Shown in pieces: positions 9,690-18,420 of a stretch of DNA of 64,000 bases. The position numbers were made by a program, and so were the translations under genes. This stretch comes from Patescibacteria group bacterium (GTDB lineage: Bacteria; Patescibacteriota; Patescibacteriia; UBA1558; GWA2-36-10). Within the stretch, counting starts at the first letter, position 1. Each line of letters begins with the position of its first letter. The stretch is taken from contig JBAYIR010000001.1 of NCBI GenBank assembly GCA_041665505.1, forward strand, positions 83,108-147,107, read 5' to 3'. Below the pieces are notes generated by a model. The model made no database searches, was not told the DNA's origin, and was given only the letters and a program-made list of their open reading frames with translations.

Positions 9690-10678
9690 AAAAATTTATT
9701 ATAAAATTAATAGTATTTTTTGGTCTAGCAGTAGCCTTTTGGTTTTTCATTTTGGTCATCAATGGCAACGGTTCAGATGAAAAAACTTTTGTGATTAGAG
9801 AAGGCCAAGGGGTCAACGAAATAAGCCAAGAGCTCTATGATGTCAATCTAATTAAAAATAAATTTGTTTTTGAAACTTGGTTGTGGCTCAAAAAATCAGA
9901 AGGCAAAATAATTGCTGGTGTTTATCAAATGCCAAAAGATATTTCTATTAGACATTTATCCAATTTATTGATGATTGGGCCAGGTCAGGCTCAATATGCT
10001 GTGACATTATTAGAAGGTTGGACTAGAGAATTGATGAAAGATACTTTAGAAGCAGCTGAAATTGATGCCGATAGATTTATTAAGTTGAGCTCTCAGGCTA
10101 GCGATTGGCAAGGTATTTATGATTTTTTAGCAGATGCACCAAGTGAGGCTAGTTTGGAAGGTTATATTTTTCCAGATACTTATTTTGTAGATAAAGCTAC
10201 TAGCGAAGAAGATTTAATCAAAAAAACTCTAAATAATTTTGATAGAAAATTAAATCAGGATTTTAGAGATGAAATAAAAAAGCAAGGTAAGACAATTTTT
10301 GAAGTAGTTACTTTGGCGGCTATTATAGAAAGAGAAGTCCCAAATAAAGAGGACAAAAAAATGATAGCTGATATTTTTCTCAAAAGATTAGTAGCGGGTA
10401 TTGGTCTACAATCTGATGCTACTGTCAATTATGTGACTGGTAAAGGTTTGGCTCAACCTAGCTATGATGATTTGCAAATTGATTCACCATACAATACTTA
10501 TAAATACCGTGGTTTGCCACCAGGGCCAATAGCCAATCCTGGTTTAGATAGTATAGAGGCAGTTATTTATCCCACTAAAAATGATTATTATTATTTTTTA
10601 ACTACTAAAGAAGGGGAAGTAATTTATAGTATAGATTATGAAGAACATTTAGATAATAAAGCTAAATATTTAGATTAA
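9686..10678 (+). CDS. mltG: endolytic murein transglycosylase MltG (YceG family)
   Basis: 330 aa; N-terminal TM, YKYRGLPPGPIANPG near C-terminus typical of YceG/MltG; 4-nt ATGA overlap with upstream gene. Confidence 0.75.
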   Translation: MKKFIIKLIVFFGLAVAFWFFILVINGNGSDEKTFVIREGQGVNEISQELYDVNLIKNKFVFETWLWLKKSEGKIIAGVYQMPKDISIRHLSNLLMIGPGQAQYAVTLLEGWTRELMKDTLEAAEIDADRFIKLSSQASDWQGIYDFLADAPSEASLEGYIFPDTYFVDKATSEEDLIKKTLNNFDRKLNQDFRDEIKKQGKTIFEVVTLAAIIEREVPNKEDKKMIADIFLKRLVAGIGLQSDATVNYVTGKGLAQPSYDDLQIDSPYNTYKYRGLPPGPIANPGLDSIEAVIYPTKNDYYYFLTTKEGEVIYSIDYEEHLDNKAKYLD

Positions 10679-10687
10679 TGTAATATA

Positions 10688-10728
10688 AAAACCTTTAATC
10701 TAGCTAGATTAAAGGTTTTTTTATTTTG
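10688..10728 (+). terminator. rho-independent terminator of mltG (AT-rich hairpin plus T-run)
   Basis: aaaccttta-atctagctagatt-aaaggttttttt seen directly after stop. Confidence 0.6.
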
Positions 10729-10768
10729 AGTAAAAAAATGAGGCGGGCACCTGTGGGGGTGCCCGCCT
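10729..10768 (-). terminator. GC-rich hairpin terminator of foreign ORF 10798..11991 (minus strand)
   Basis: aggcgggcacc-tgtgggg-gtgcccgcct palindrome preceded on plus strand by A7 (T-run on minus), ~30 nt downstream of the minus-strand stop. Confidence 0.6.
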
Positions 10769-10797
10769 TTGTGCGACCTGCGGTCGTACTGCGGATG

Positions 10798-11991
10798 TCA
10801 GTCTCCGTTGACCTCACCAATGATCCGGCGATGGTCACTGGTCTGAGCGACCAGTTTTCCGGCGACGATTGATATCGCCACCAGATCTCCCAGGAGAGTC
10901 ATGTCGAGCAGCTCCTGTGAGCCGTCCCGTCGCAGGAGTACCAGTCGGCTAGCCGACTGAACTCTGATCTCCCGGTACTGACCGGGCTCAGGGGCTATCT
11001 CAGCTACCGGCAGCGTCGGCTCTTGGTCGACGACCGGGGGCCAGATCTGCTGGTTGAGATCGACCGGGGGCCAGATCTGCTGGTCGACATCGACCGGGTC
11101 GATGTCCTGCCGAAGTCGGATTTCTCCGCCCTCGGAAGTGGTGGTTCGCGTACCAACTCGGACGTCGTTGCCACACCTCATCAGTGTGAGCGACGACGTG
11201 CCATCGGAAAGATAGCACCGCCAGGCCGGTTGCCAGTCGGGAATGTTCTTCTGCTGGCTTAGACCGCCAGCATAGCTCACCACCATGGGTCCACGTACGT
11301 CGACGGCCTCAATCCGGTCGATGCTCACTTGGCCGGGGAGCTTGGTTGATTCAGCGACCGTCATTGCGTTGCGCTCTACCTCGTACTGCCGAGCGAAGTG
11401 CTCAGCCGCTGTTTGGGCGGTTAGGATGCCGCCTGGCGCCTGATCTGGCCCCGAGTAGGGGTCAGCCATCTGTCGGAGGTAGCCTTCTTCGATCTCGTTT
11501 TGTCGACGATTGTCTTCCGCATCAGCATGCTGGGCCCTCTGGATGCCTTTACCTAGCAGGTAGGCCAGCGTAAACACCGCCATGATGACCGTGATGGCCA
11601 TCATCCAGCGTACCAAGGCGGGTGCCGTGGATCTTTCGGCCTGAGTCGTCGGCAGAGGAGATACAGTGGTGTCGGCCGGAATGGTCGGCACCATAGCATC
11701 GAGGCTAGCTCTTCGGAATTCGAAGAGGCGAACCAATGATGCTGGGATGATCAGCTTGTCACCAGGAATAATCATGTCCGGATCCGCCAGTTGCGGATTG
11801 GACTTGACCAACTCGGCCCACAAGCTCTTCTCTCCGAACGCCACTTGCCACTGACCGAGACGGTCAGCATCATCAACGATATACTCGCCGGATCCGTCGG
11901 CGAGCTTGTAAAGCCCACCTTCCGGAACCTGAGCACCGCAGATGCTGACGATGGTCAGTAGTAGCATGGCGCAGGACAGAATCCGTAGCAT
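10798..11991 (-). CDS. high-GC secreted/membrane protein: signal peptide, LysM-like motif, TM helix, C-terminal domain with tandem QQIWPPV repeat (foreign cassette A1)
   Basis: Start likely ATG 11991 (GGAGG at 12003..11999, 7-nt spacer), giving 398 aa, rather than the track start 12078. MLRILSCAMLLLTIVSICGAQ signal peptide; WAELVKSNPQLADPDMIIPGDKLIIP resembles LysM C-terminal half; hydrophobic LVRWMMAITVIMAVFTLAYLL. GC far above neighbours. Confidence 0.55.
   Translation of the reverse strand: MLRILSCAMLLLTIVSICGAQVPEGGLYKLADGSGEYIVDDADRLGQWQVAFGEKSLWAELVKSNPQLADPDMIIPGDKLIIPASLVRLFEFRRASLDAMVPTIPADTTVSPLPTTQAERSTAPALVRWMMAITVIMAVFTLAYLLGKGIQRAQHADAEDNRRQNEIEEGYLRQMADPYSGPDQAPGGILTAQTAAEHFARQYEVERNAMTVAESTKLPGQVSIDRIEAVDVRGPMVVSYAGGLSQQKNIPDWQPAWRCYLSDGTSSLTLMRCGNDVRVGTRTTTSEGGEIRLRQDIDPVDVDQQIWPPVDLNQQIWPPVVDQEPTLPVAEIAPEPGQYREIRVQSASRLVLLRRDGSQELLDMTLLGDLVAISIVAGKLVAQTSDHRRIIGEVNGD
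11039..11098. repeat. perfect-ish 30-bp tandem direct repeat inside cassette A1 (ggccagatctgctggt[t/c]ga[g/c]atcgaccggg x2)
   Basis: Seen directly; encodes VDVDQQIWPP / VDLNQQIWPP on minus strand. Confidence 0.7.
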
Positions 11992-12143
11992 AATGCTACC
12001 TCCAAAATGAATAGGGGAAACTTCAGTTACAGGGATCTGTAACCGGGAAGATTGAAATGTTTTTCGCTCTTCCCCCAAATACCCTATAGATACTTGGGGT
12101 AAAAGCGAATATTAACTTATAAATTGGCACTATACAATATATA

Positions 12144-12172
12144 ATTGTAACATATTTTTATAATTATGTCAA
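12144..12172 (-). promoter_or_regulatory. near-consensus sigma70 promoter TTGACA-17-TACAAT driving cassette A1 (minus)
   Basis: plus tgtcaa 12167-12172 and attgta 12144-12149, 17-nt spacer. Confidence 0.5.
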
Positions 12173-12203
12173 TACAATAAAATTGAGCTTAAGTTGTTTA
12201 TTA

Positions 12204-12232
12204 TTGACAATTATTATATTTTATGATATAAT
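12204..12232 (+). promoter_or_regulatory. perfect consensus sigma70 promoter TTGACA-17-TATAAT driving cassette A2
   Basis: ttgaca 12204-12209, tataat 12227-12232, spacer exactly 17; AGGAGG at ~12288 then ATG 12303. Confidence 0.6.
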
Positions 12233-12302
12233 ACTATATTGGTTCGAGAACTGAAGTCTGTAAACCTGGCCAAGAAATTGGCCTTACCAGGAGGAAAGAA
12301 TC

Positions 12303-13037
12303 ATGTTGTTTAACAAGAACACTTCCAAGAAGCTTGCTCAGGGTTTTCTGATTCTGATCGGGTCGTTGTTGATTCTGGCTGTCGTCATCGCCTTGGTCGG
12401 CGAGGCCAAGGCTGGTCCGATTCCGCGCTGGGATCACAACAGTGACATTGGTATCTGGAACGAGAGCACCCACCCGCCGCGGGCAGAGGTCAGACTCAAC
12501 CTGATCAACGCCCAATCCACTGGTGTGGAATCTCGTCTCCAAGGCGTCTGCTACGACCTCCTGGAGAAGAAGGACAAACCCTACTACCTGTACTTGGGCT
12601 TCGGCTTCCAGAGCGGACACCTGGACATCGAACCGGCTCTTGGCTGGTCCTTTCGCGACAATGAGTGGGTGGCGGCCTTTCGCACTTATCCCGAGTGGGA
12701 GAAGTGGCGGGGCTACTCCAACTGCGAGTATCAACTCGAGACCAAGAGCTGGTACTATTTGGCTCAAATCGAAACCCACTTCAACCACTGGGTAGAGTGT
12801 GGTGCCGAGATGGAGGGTTGGGGCGACATCGACGACCAGTTGACCAGCAATGGTGCTGGTATCAATGTTGTTTTCAACACCCATCCGCGGTGGGGCAATC
12901 CGGACTCAAAACTCCGGATAGAAGCTGGCCTTCAGCTCCGAGAGATGGACTCGAAGTACAAACCGCAGCTCATCGTTCGATTCATATTTAGCCCGGAGAT
13001 GGAGGAGCACACGCCAGATCCTAGGAGGTGGAGATGA
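12303..13037 (+). CDS. high-GC hypothetical protein, N-terminal TM/signal anchor, Trp/Gly/Tyr-rich beta-type domain (foreign cassette A2)
   Basis: 244 aa; LAQGFLILIGSLLILAVVIALVG hydrophobic N-terminus; strong SD; first ~10 codons AT-richer than remainder; no family recognised. Confidence 0.55.
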   Translation: MLFNKNTSKKLAQGFLILIGSLLILAVVIALVGEAKAGPIPRWDHNSDIGIWNESTHPPRAEVRLNLINAQSTGVESRLQGVCYDLLEKKDKPYYLYLGFGFQSGHLDIEPALGWSFRDNEWVAAFRTYPEWEKWRGYSNCEYQLETKSWYYLAQIETHFNHWVECGAEMEGWGDIDDQLTSNGAGINVVFNTHPRWGNPDSKLRIEAGLQLREMDSKYKPQLIVRFIFSPEMEEHTPDPRRWR

Positions 13038-13042
13038 CATTT

Positions 13043-13088
13043 GGCCCGCCGCGTGCAACAGCATGCGGCGGGCCTCAACTTTTGTCTT
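13043..13088 (+). terminator. GC-rich hairpin terminator of cassette A2
   Basis: ggcccgccgc-gtgcaacagcat-gcggcgggcc followed by tcaacttttgtctt. Confidence 0.55.
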
Positions 13089-13229
13089 AGTTATAACAGG
13101 ATTGACAATATTTTATTTTTACTATATAATAATCACATAAATTCCTAGAAGGGCTAGGAAGTAAATAATTAAATAGCCAAAGACAGTAGGTTTCTAGCTA
13201 ATATTAGCCAAGAATTAAATATCCTGCCG

Positions 13230-13295
13230 AGGTAGAAAATTTTAAGTTTTTCAACTGTCTGCGCTATTTACGCAGATTTTTTTAATAAAAAATAT
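13230..13295 (+). promoter_or_regulatory. candidate rplJ (L10) leader with attenuator-like hairpin
   Basis: tctgcg-ctattta-cgcaga hairpin plus T7 run ending ~13289 just before rplJ ATG; L10 leaders are autoregulatory in many bacteria (established knowledge), identity here is inference. Confidence 0.3.
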
Positions 13296-13820
13296 ATGGC
13301 TAAAACGAAAGAACAAAAACAAGTAGCTTTAGAGCTTATACAAGATAAGCTAAAAAATAGTAAATCAGTTATTTTTAGTTCAGATACTGGTTCTAGTGTT
13401 AAAATCATTGAAGAGCTAAGAAGAGAATTAAAACAAAATGATGCTGAATATCTAGTAGTCAAAAAAACTATTCTTAGAAAAGCTACTAAAGATATGGGCG
13501 AGACAGAGCAATTTGATAATTTGGCTGGCTCAGTAGCAGTCACACTTTCTTACGGTGATGAAATAGCTGGAGCAAAAATTTTGAATAAGTATGCCAAAAC
13601 TAGTCAAACTTTAAATCTTGGTGGTGGTATTTTGGAGAATGCTTTCATTATGCCAGAAATGGTCAAAAGATTAGCCACTCTGCCATCCAGAGAAGAATTA
13701 CTAGCCAAGTTGGTGGGCTCACTAAACAGTCCAATCAGAGGTATAGTCGGAGTGTTGGCTGGTACTACTCGCAATTTTGTGGGAGTATTAAACGCTATTA
13801 AAGAAAAAAAATCTAATTAA
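13296..13820 (+). CDS. rplJ: 50S ribosomal protein L10
   Basis: 174 aa; MAKTKEQKQ start and overall L10 pattern; immediately upstream of L7/L12. Confidence 0.9.
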   Translation: MAKTKEQKQVALELIQDKLKNSKSVIFSSDTGSSVKIIEELRRELKQNDAEYLVVKKTILRKATKDMGETEQFDNLAGSVAVTLSYGDEIAGAKILNKYAKTSQTLNLGGGILENAFIMPEMVKRLATLPSREELLAKLVGSLNSPIRGIVGVLAGTTRNFVGVLNAIKEKKSN

Positions 13821-13861
13821 TAAATTTTATATAAAAAATATTTAAGAAAGGATAAAAAAAT

Positions 13862-14266
13862 ATGTCAGAAGAAAAAAAAGACGTAGTAGTGCCTGCAAAG
13901 TTTAAAAGCCTTGTAGAAGAAATTGAAAAAATGTCTGTTCTAGATCTTTCCGAATTAGTGAGTATCTTAGAAGACAAATTTGGTGTTAGCGCTGCTGCCC
14001 CAATGGCTATGATGGCTGCTCCAGCTGCCGGTGCCGGAGAAGCTGCTGAAGAAAAGACTTCATTTAATGTTGAACTTACTTCATCTGGTAGCAACAAAAT
14101 TGCTGTTATCAAAGCTGTTCGTGAAATCACCCAACTTGGCTTAAAAGAAGCCAAAGATATGGTTGATGGTGCTCCAGTTAATGTCAAAGAAGGCGTCAGC
14201 AAAGAAGAAGGTGCAGAAATCAAGAAAAAATTAGAAGAAGCTGGTGGAGCTGCCACTTTGAAATAA
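13862..14266 (+). CDS. rplL: 50S ribosomal protein L7/L12
   Basis: 134 aa; Ala/Pro-rich hinge [21 protein letters not shown] and C-terminal [22 protein letters not shown]. Confidence 0.9.
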   Translation: MSEEKKDVVVPAKFKSLVEEIEKMSVLDLSELVSILEDKFGVSAAAPMAMMAAPAAGAGEAAEEKTSFNVELTSSGSNKIAVIKAVREITQLGLKEAKDMVDGAPVNVKEGVSKEEGAEIKKKLEEAGGAATLK

Positions 14267-14279
14267 AATTTACATTAAA

Positions 14280-14311
14280 AAAACACCCAGTCTATGAAGG
14301 GTGTTTTTTTG
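14280..14311 (+). terminator. rho-independent terminator after rplL
   Basis: acaccc-agtctatgaa-gggtgt followed by T7. Confidence 0.6.
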
Positions 14312-14322
14312 TTAGTAAAAAT

Positions 14323-16434
14323 TTATTCGTTTACCGCTAATAAGTATAGATGTTGGTTATTTAGTAGGTAAATAGCTTTTTCTTCAGGGTCAATAGCCAA
14401 GTCTTTCAAATTATCAAATTTTTGACTAGCATATTGATCTTTGATATTGCCATCTTTGTTTAGTATCAAGACCCGATTGTTGCTGGGGTCAATAATATAT
14501 AGATAATCAGAATCTCTAAATGTTTTGATAATAGCGTTTGGACCTATATTTGGTCGTGGAGCGTGATAATCAAATCTTTCTAAAGCGCCTTTTAGAAAAT
14601 TTTTAATAGTTCCATCATTGTCTATAGTGTAGATGCCACCATCAATAGTCAGACTAGAGCTATTTGAAGTATCGAGAGTTTCTTTTAGCCAAGGCTGTCC
14701 ATTGGCAAAGCCACCACCACTTTCGGGATATTTGAATATTTGATTATTTTTATTATCCAAGACATATAGGTTATTGCCATAAATTACCAAATCTTTGACG
14801 GCGGTATTGTCAGTGCTTTGTTTAAAATCACCAGTCATTTGTTTTTGCTCCAAATCAAAGATAATATAAGTTATTTCATTACTAGCACTCAGGCTACTGA
14901 GTACTACTTTGTTTTTTTCTGGCCAGTCAGTCATGGACTGGATTACTTGCCCACCAGCAAAATTAAATACTTCTTCAAAAAGATTATCTTTAATTTGATA
15001 AAGCTTGTTATCACCTAAGACATAAAATAGGCCATTTTTTTGAACAATATCTTGGCTTGATGTCAGCGAAGCACTCATATCAAATAATTCTACGGGAGAA
15101 GGCACTACATAGATATGGCGTATTTTATTAATTTTATGAAAAACAGTCTCAGATAAACTAGTTATTTGTTCTTGTTGGATAGGGGAGCTTGGTTTGAGTG
15201 CGGATATCAAGGCCTGGATTTCCAAAAGTATATTTTCAGCGGCTGCTTCGTCATTGTATATCAATTTAGCGTCCACTTCTTTATATTTATTATCTATTTC
15301 TATGAGTGTGTTATTATAATTTGTATCTTTGTTATCATCAGCTTTTTCTTGAGTCAAAAATACCAAACTTTGTAAAAATATTAGGACAATTACAAATAAT
15401 ATTACTACGGCAATTTTCTTTTTTAGACTTAGATTTTTAAACCAGAAATATTTTTGATGGCTTATTTGTTTTATATCATCTATAGTTTTTTCTTCTTTTT
15501 TTTGTCTAAATTTGGCAGAAAATATAAATAGAAAAAAATATTTTATCTTTCTAGCTAAAAAAGTAAAGATAGAAGCAATAGTTTTACAATATAAGACAAA
15601 CAGCGAGAAAATGGAGCTAGTTTTTTGGACTAGTGGCACGTTTTTTAATCCACTTATATCAACGACAGTTTTGGTGCGAGGCGCGTTAGCGTGAGTGGGA
15701 GAGGGGCTAGTTTTTATGGTATCTGTTGTTTCAAATTCTTCTTGGTCTATTGATTTTCGTATTTCCTCAGGGCTGAGTTCTCGGTCAGTGGGACTTGGTT
15801 TTTTGATAATCAAAGAATTAAATGTTACAAAATCAGGCACTGTTTCTAGCAATTCGTTTATTTTTATCGCTGCTGCTGAAGGCGAGTAATGGTTGACCAA
15901 TTGTCGGACTTTTTCTTTGGAAATATAATCAAATAATGAGTTGGTTGATATAATCAAAGCATCTCCATCATCTAACTCACCACTAATAATATCAGAGAAA
16001 ACCTTACTGGGGTTGATATTATTATTTTTGGCCATAATAGTGGTAATCTGTTTGTTGTGCATCAAAAGACCATTAATATTGCCAATGCCAGCCATATAGA
16101 TACTACTATCATATATAATACCTACAGTCAGGTCTATAGTGTTTATCCAATTGTGTATTTTAATGGCCGCAGCCATTTCTGGTAAGACTTGATTAGCTTG
16201 CTGGAGTATTTCTTCTAGTAGTATTTCCGGATTATCTTGGCCACTGGTATCAAAATATGTGGCTAATTCATTGATCAATTGATCAAGGTAGGGCTGTTGG
16301 TCTATCTTTTGTTTGGGCAATTCCAAAATAATAAACAAACGACCATGATCAGAGGAGTCGCTAGTATATACTTCCGAGAGCTCCCGAGCATTGAGATGGT
16401 CGTGTGTGAATATTTTATGATATTTTAGGCCCAT
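14323..16434 (-). CDS. membrane-anchored PP2C/SpoIIE-type Ser/Thr phosphatase fused to an extracytoplasmic beta-propeller-like repeat domain
   Basis: 703 aa; N-terminal part has LDDGDALIISTNSLFDYIS resembling PP2C GDxxLLxTDGLxD; single TM (KIAVVILFVIVLIFLQSLVFL); C-terminal half with repeated YVLDN/YIIDP-type beta-strand motifs. Confidence 0.5.
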   Translation of the reverse strand: MGLKYHKIFTHDHLNARELSEVYTSDSSDHGRLFIILELPKQKIDQQPYLDQLINELATYFDTSGQDNPEILLEEILQQANQVLPEMAAAIKIHNWINTIDLTVGIIYDSSIYMAGIGNINGLLMHNKQITTIMAKNNNINPSKVFSDIISGELDDGDALIISTNSLFDYISKEKVRQLVNHYSPSAAAIKINELLETVPDFVTFNSLIIKKPSPTDRELSPEEIRKSIDQEEFETTDTIKTSPSPTHANAPRTKTVVDISGLKNVPLVQKTSSIFSLFVLYCKTIASIFTFLARKIKYFFLFIFSAKFRQKKEEKTIDDIKQISHQKYFWFKNLSLKKKIAVVILFVIVLIFLQSLVFLTQEKADDNKDTNYNNTLIEIDNKYKEVDAKLIYNDEAAAENILLEIQALISALKPSSPIQQEQITSLSETVFHKINKIRHIYVVPSPVELFDMSASLTSSQDIVQKNGLFYVLGDNKLYQIKDNLFEEVFNFAGGQVIQSMTDWPEKNKVVLSSLSASNEITYIIFDLEQKQMTGDFKQSTDNTAVKDLVIYGNNLYVLDNKNNQIFKYPESGGGFANGQPWLKETLDTSNSSSLTIDGGIYTIDNDGTIKNFLKGALERFDYHAPRPNIGPNAIIKTFRDSDYLYIIDPSNNRVLILNKDGNIKDQYASQKFDNLKDLAIDPEEKAIYLLNNQHLYLLAVNE

Positions 16435-16507
16435 GATTTTACTTTTATAGTAATTAATATTATACTATATTTGGGTATTTTAGTAAATAAATTCTTAGTT
16501 CAGTTTT

Positions 16508-17122
16508 ATGCTTGAACAAATTCTTAGTTCAGTAGCTAGAACCAAAATATTAAAGTTTTTTTGTGTCCATGCACAGGAGAGATTTTTTGTTAGAGAATTA
16601 TCTAGAGCCTTAAATTTACAGCTCAATTCTATCAGACGAGAGCTAGCTAATTTAGAAAAATTTGGTTTTTTGAAATCGGAAGAAGAAAATGGTAAAAAGT
16701 ACTACTATACCAATCAGGACTTCCCTTTATTTAATGAAATTAAAAATTTGGTTTTTAAATCTTTAGTTTTAGAAGAAATGACTATTGCTGGCAAGATGTC
16801 TCAAATACTTGGTTTGAAACTATTAGTATTCACCGGTGTGTTGACTGGATCACTGGCAGCTACTGATGTTTTGATAGTCGGTAATGTCAATAAAAGTAAG
16901 TTTGATAGCTATTTGAAAAAAATTGCTGATGGTTTGCCAGAAGATTTACGTTATACATTTTTATCAGTCAAAGAATATTTGTATAGAATAGATGTCACCG
17001 ATAAGTTTGTTTACAATATCTGGGCCAACAATCATGTAGTAGTAGTTGATAAATTATCAAAAGATATAGAGCAAAAGAGATTTAGTGATTATCAATTCAA
17101 ACATTTTAAAGAAGAGAAATAA
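16508..17122 (+). CDS. winged-helix (ArsR-like) transcriptional regulator, putative
   Basis: 204 aa; ARTKILKFF...FFVRELSRALNLQLNSIRRELANLEKFGFL resembles HTH of ArsR/MarR-like CPR regulators. Confidence 0.4.
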   Translation: MLEQILSSVARTKILKFFCVHAQERFFVRELSRALNLQLNSIRRELANLEKFGFLKSEEENGKKYYYTNQDFPLFNEIKNLVFKSLVLEEMTIAGKMSQILGLKLLVFTGVLTGSLAATDVLIVGNVNKSKFDSYLKKIADGLPEDLRYTFLSVKEYLYRIDVTDKFVYNIWANNHVVVVDKLSKDIEQKRFSDYQFKHFKEEK

Positions 17123-17136
17123 TTAATATTAAAATT

Positions 17137-17340
17137 ATGGAAAAAGTAAAAAACATTTTAACAATCAGTGCTATTATAGCGGTGGTGGTTTCAGCTATTA
17201 TTTTGGTGATGATAATTTTGGAAGTTGGCAGCAGTGTGGAAATGCAAGAATCACTATTGAAAGTTTTACAGGTGATTGGAGTGTTTGCCGCTACAGCTAT
17301 GGTGATTGTGGGTATTATAAATTTGTCCAATAAAAAATAA
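17137..17340 (+). CDS. small hydrophobic membrane protein
   Basis: 67 aa, two predicted TM helices; no homology recognised. Confidence 0.3.
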   Translation: MEKVKNILTISAIIAVVVSAIILVMIILEVGSSVEMQESLLKVLQVIGVFAATAMVIVGIINLSNKK

Positions 17341-17769
17341 ATGGTTTTAGTTTTAAGTATTTCTAGTAAGGAGCAGGGTGCTTGGTTGGTTGTGCAGGCC
17401 AATAAAATTTTTTTAACTCATAGTTTTGATGTTATCAGAGGAGAGGATAAAAGCTTATTACAGCTACAAGAGATGCTGGATAATAATAATTTAAAGCTAA
17501 AAGATTTCTCCAGTTTTGTTTTGCTGGTTAAAGAGGCTAGTATGACCCAAGTTAAAATATTTACTATCACGGCCAATACTTTAGCTTGGCAATTTAATTG
17601 GCCAATAGTAGCTGATTATTATTTTAAGGAGGACAATACTAAAGTATTACTTAAATTATTAAAAAAATTAGCTAAATTAAAAAAATTTAAAGCTCTTAGT
17701 CCCAAATATAGTCGTCAGGTAGATATTACTATCTCCAAAAAACAAGCTAAATATAAGTTAGTTAAATAA
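17341..17769 (+). CDS. TsaB/YeaZ-like (truncated) protein, putative
   Basis: 142 aa; VLVLSISSKEQGAWLV and FTITANTLAWQFNWPIV loosely match TsaB N-terminal and GxxRIG-like regions; weak. Confidence 0.3.
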   Translation: MVLVLSISSKEQGAWLVVQANKIFLTHSFDVIRGEDKSLLQLQEMLDNNNLKLKDFSSFVLLVKEASMTQVKIFTITANTLAWQFNWPIVADYYFKEDNTKVLLKLLKKLAKLKKFKALSPKYSRQVDITISKKQAKYKLVK

Positions 17770-17884
17770 TTGGTTTTTTATAGCTAAGAAACACTACTTG
17801 GAAAATAGTAGTGTTTCTTGATTTACTTTAGGGAATTATGTTGTACTTATGCACATAATTGGGGATAACTAGGGTTTGTATTTG

Positions 17885-17965
17885 TGTTGACTCTTTGGCT
17901 AATGGTGGGGTATAATGTATTCAAATGATACAATAGTGGGAAAAAGTGGGGAATTTATAAAAATA
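17885..17965 (+). promoter_or_regulatory. Pmra promoter (TTGACT-18-TATAAT) with MraZ-type GTGGG direct repeats
   Basis: ttgactctttggctaatggtggggtataat then agtgggaaaaagtggggaatt...gtgga: three GTGG(G/A) repeats (two 5 nt apart) as described for MraZ operators upstream of mraZ. Confidence 0.5.
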
Positions 17966-17987
17966 ACTGTGGATAAGTCTTCTGCCT

Positions 17988-18419
17988 ATGTTTATTGGTG
18001 AATACAAATATACTTTAGACGATAAGAATCGTTTGGCCTTACCTAGCAAGTTTAGGAATCTTTTTACATCCGGCGCAGTTATTACCAAGGGTTTAGATAA
18101 TTGTTTATTTATATATACAGATAAAGAATGGAAAAAGTTAGCTGATAAATTGGCTAACTTACCTTTTTCTCAAGCTAAGTCTCGAGCTTTTTCTCGTATG
18201 ATGTTAGCTGGAGCTATGGATGTCAGTCTAGATAAGCAAGGTAGAATTATTTTACCGGATTATCTAAAAGAATTTGGAGCTTTGGATAAGAAAGTAGTTA
18301 TTGCTGGTTTATATAATCGTCTGGAAGTTTGGGATGAAAAGATGTGGTCTAAATATCAACGTACTTCCGAGAAAGATTCCAATCAGATAGCTGAAGGTTT
18401 AGTAGATTTAGGAATTTAA
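17988..18419 (+). CDS. mraZ: transcriptional regulator MraZ
   Basis: 143 aa; MFIGEYKYTLDDKNRLALPSKFR; two SpoVT/AbrB-like halves. Confidence 0.9.
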   Translation: MFIGEYKYTLDDKNRLALPSKFRNLFTSGAVITKGLDNCLFIYTDKEWKKLADKLANLPFSQAKSRAFSRMMLAGAMDVSLDKQGRIILPDYLKEFGALDKKVVIAGLYNRLEVWDEKMWSKYQRTSEKDSNQIAEGLVDLGI

Positions 18420-18420
18420 T

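Noticed and set aside
12234-12884. 216-aa minus-strand ORF and several 60-110-aa ORFs inside island A (11000..11218, 11023..11262, 11346..11573, 11666..11854, 12523..12795, 12665..12991)
   Set aside because: All overlap the better-supported A1/A2 genes in other frames or strands; expected spurious long ORFs in GC-rich DNA where stop codons are rare.
16483-16531. 15-bp direct repeat aattcttagttcagt (two copies) at the start of the HTH regulator gene
   Set aside because: Single short duplication, one copy inside the coding start; too small to call an element. Noted only as a possible operator or start-site ambiguity.
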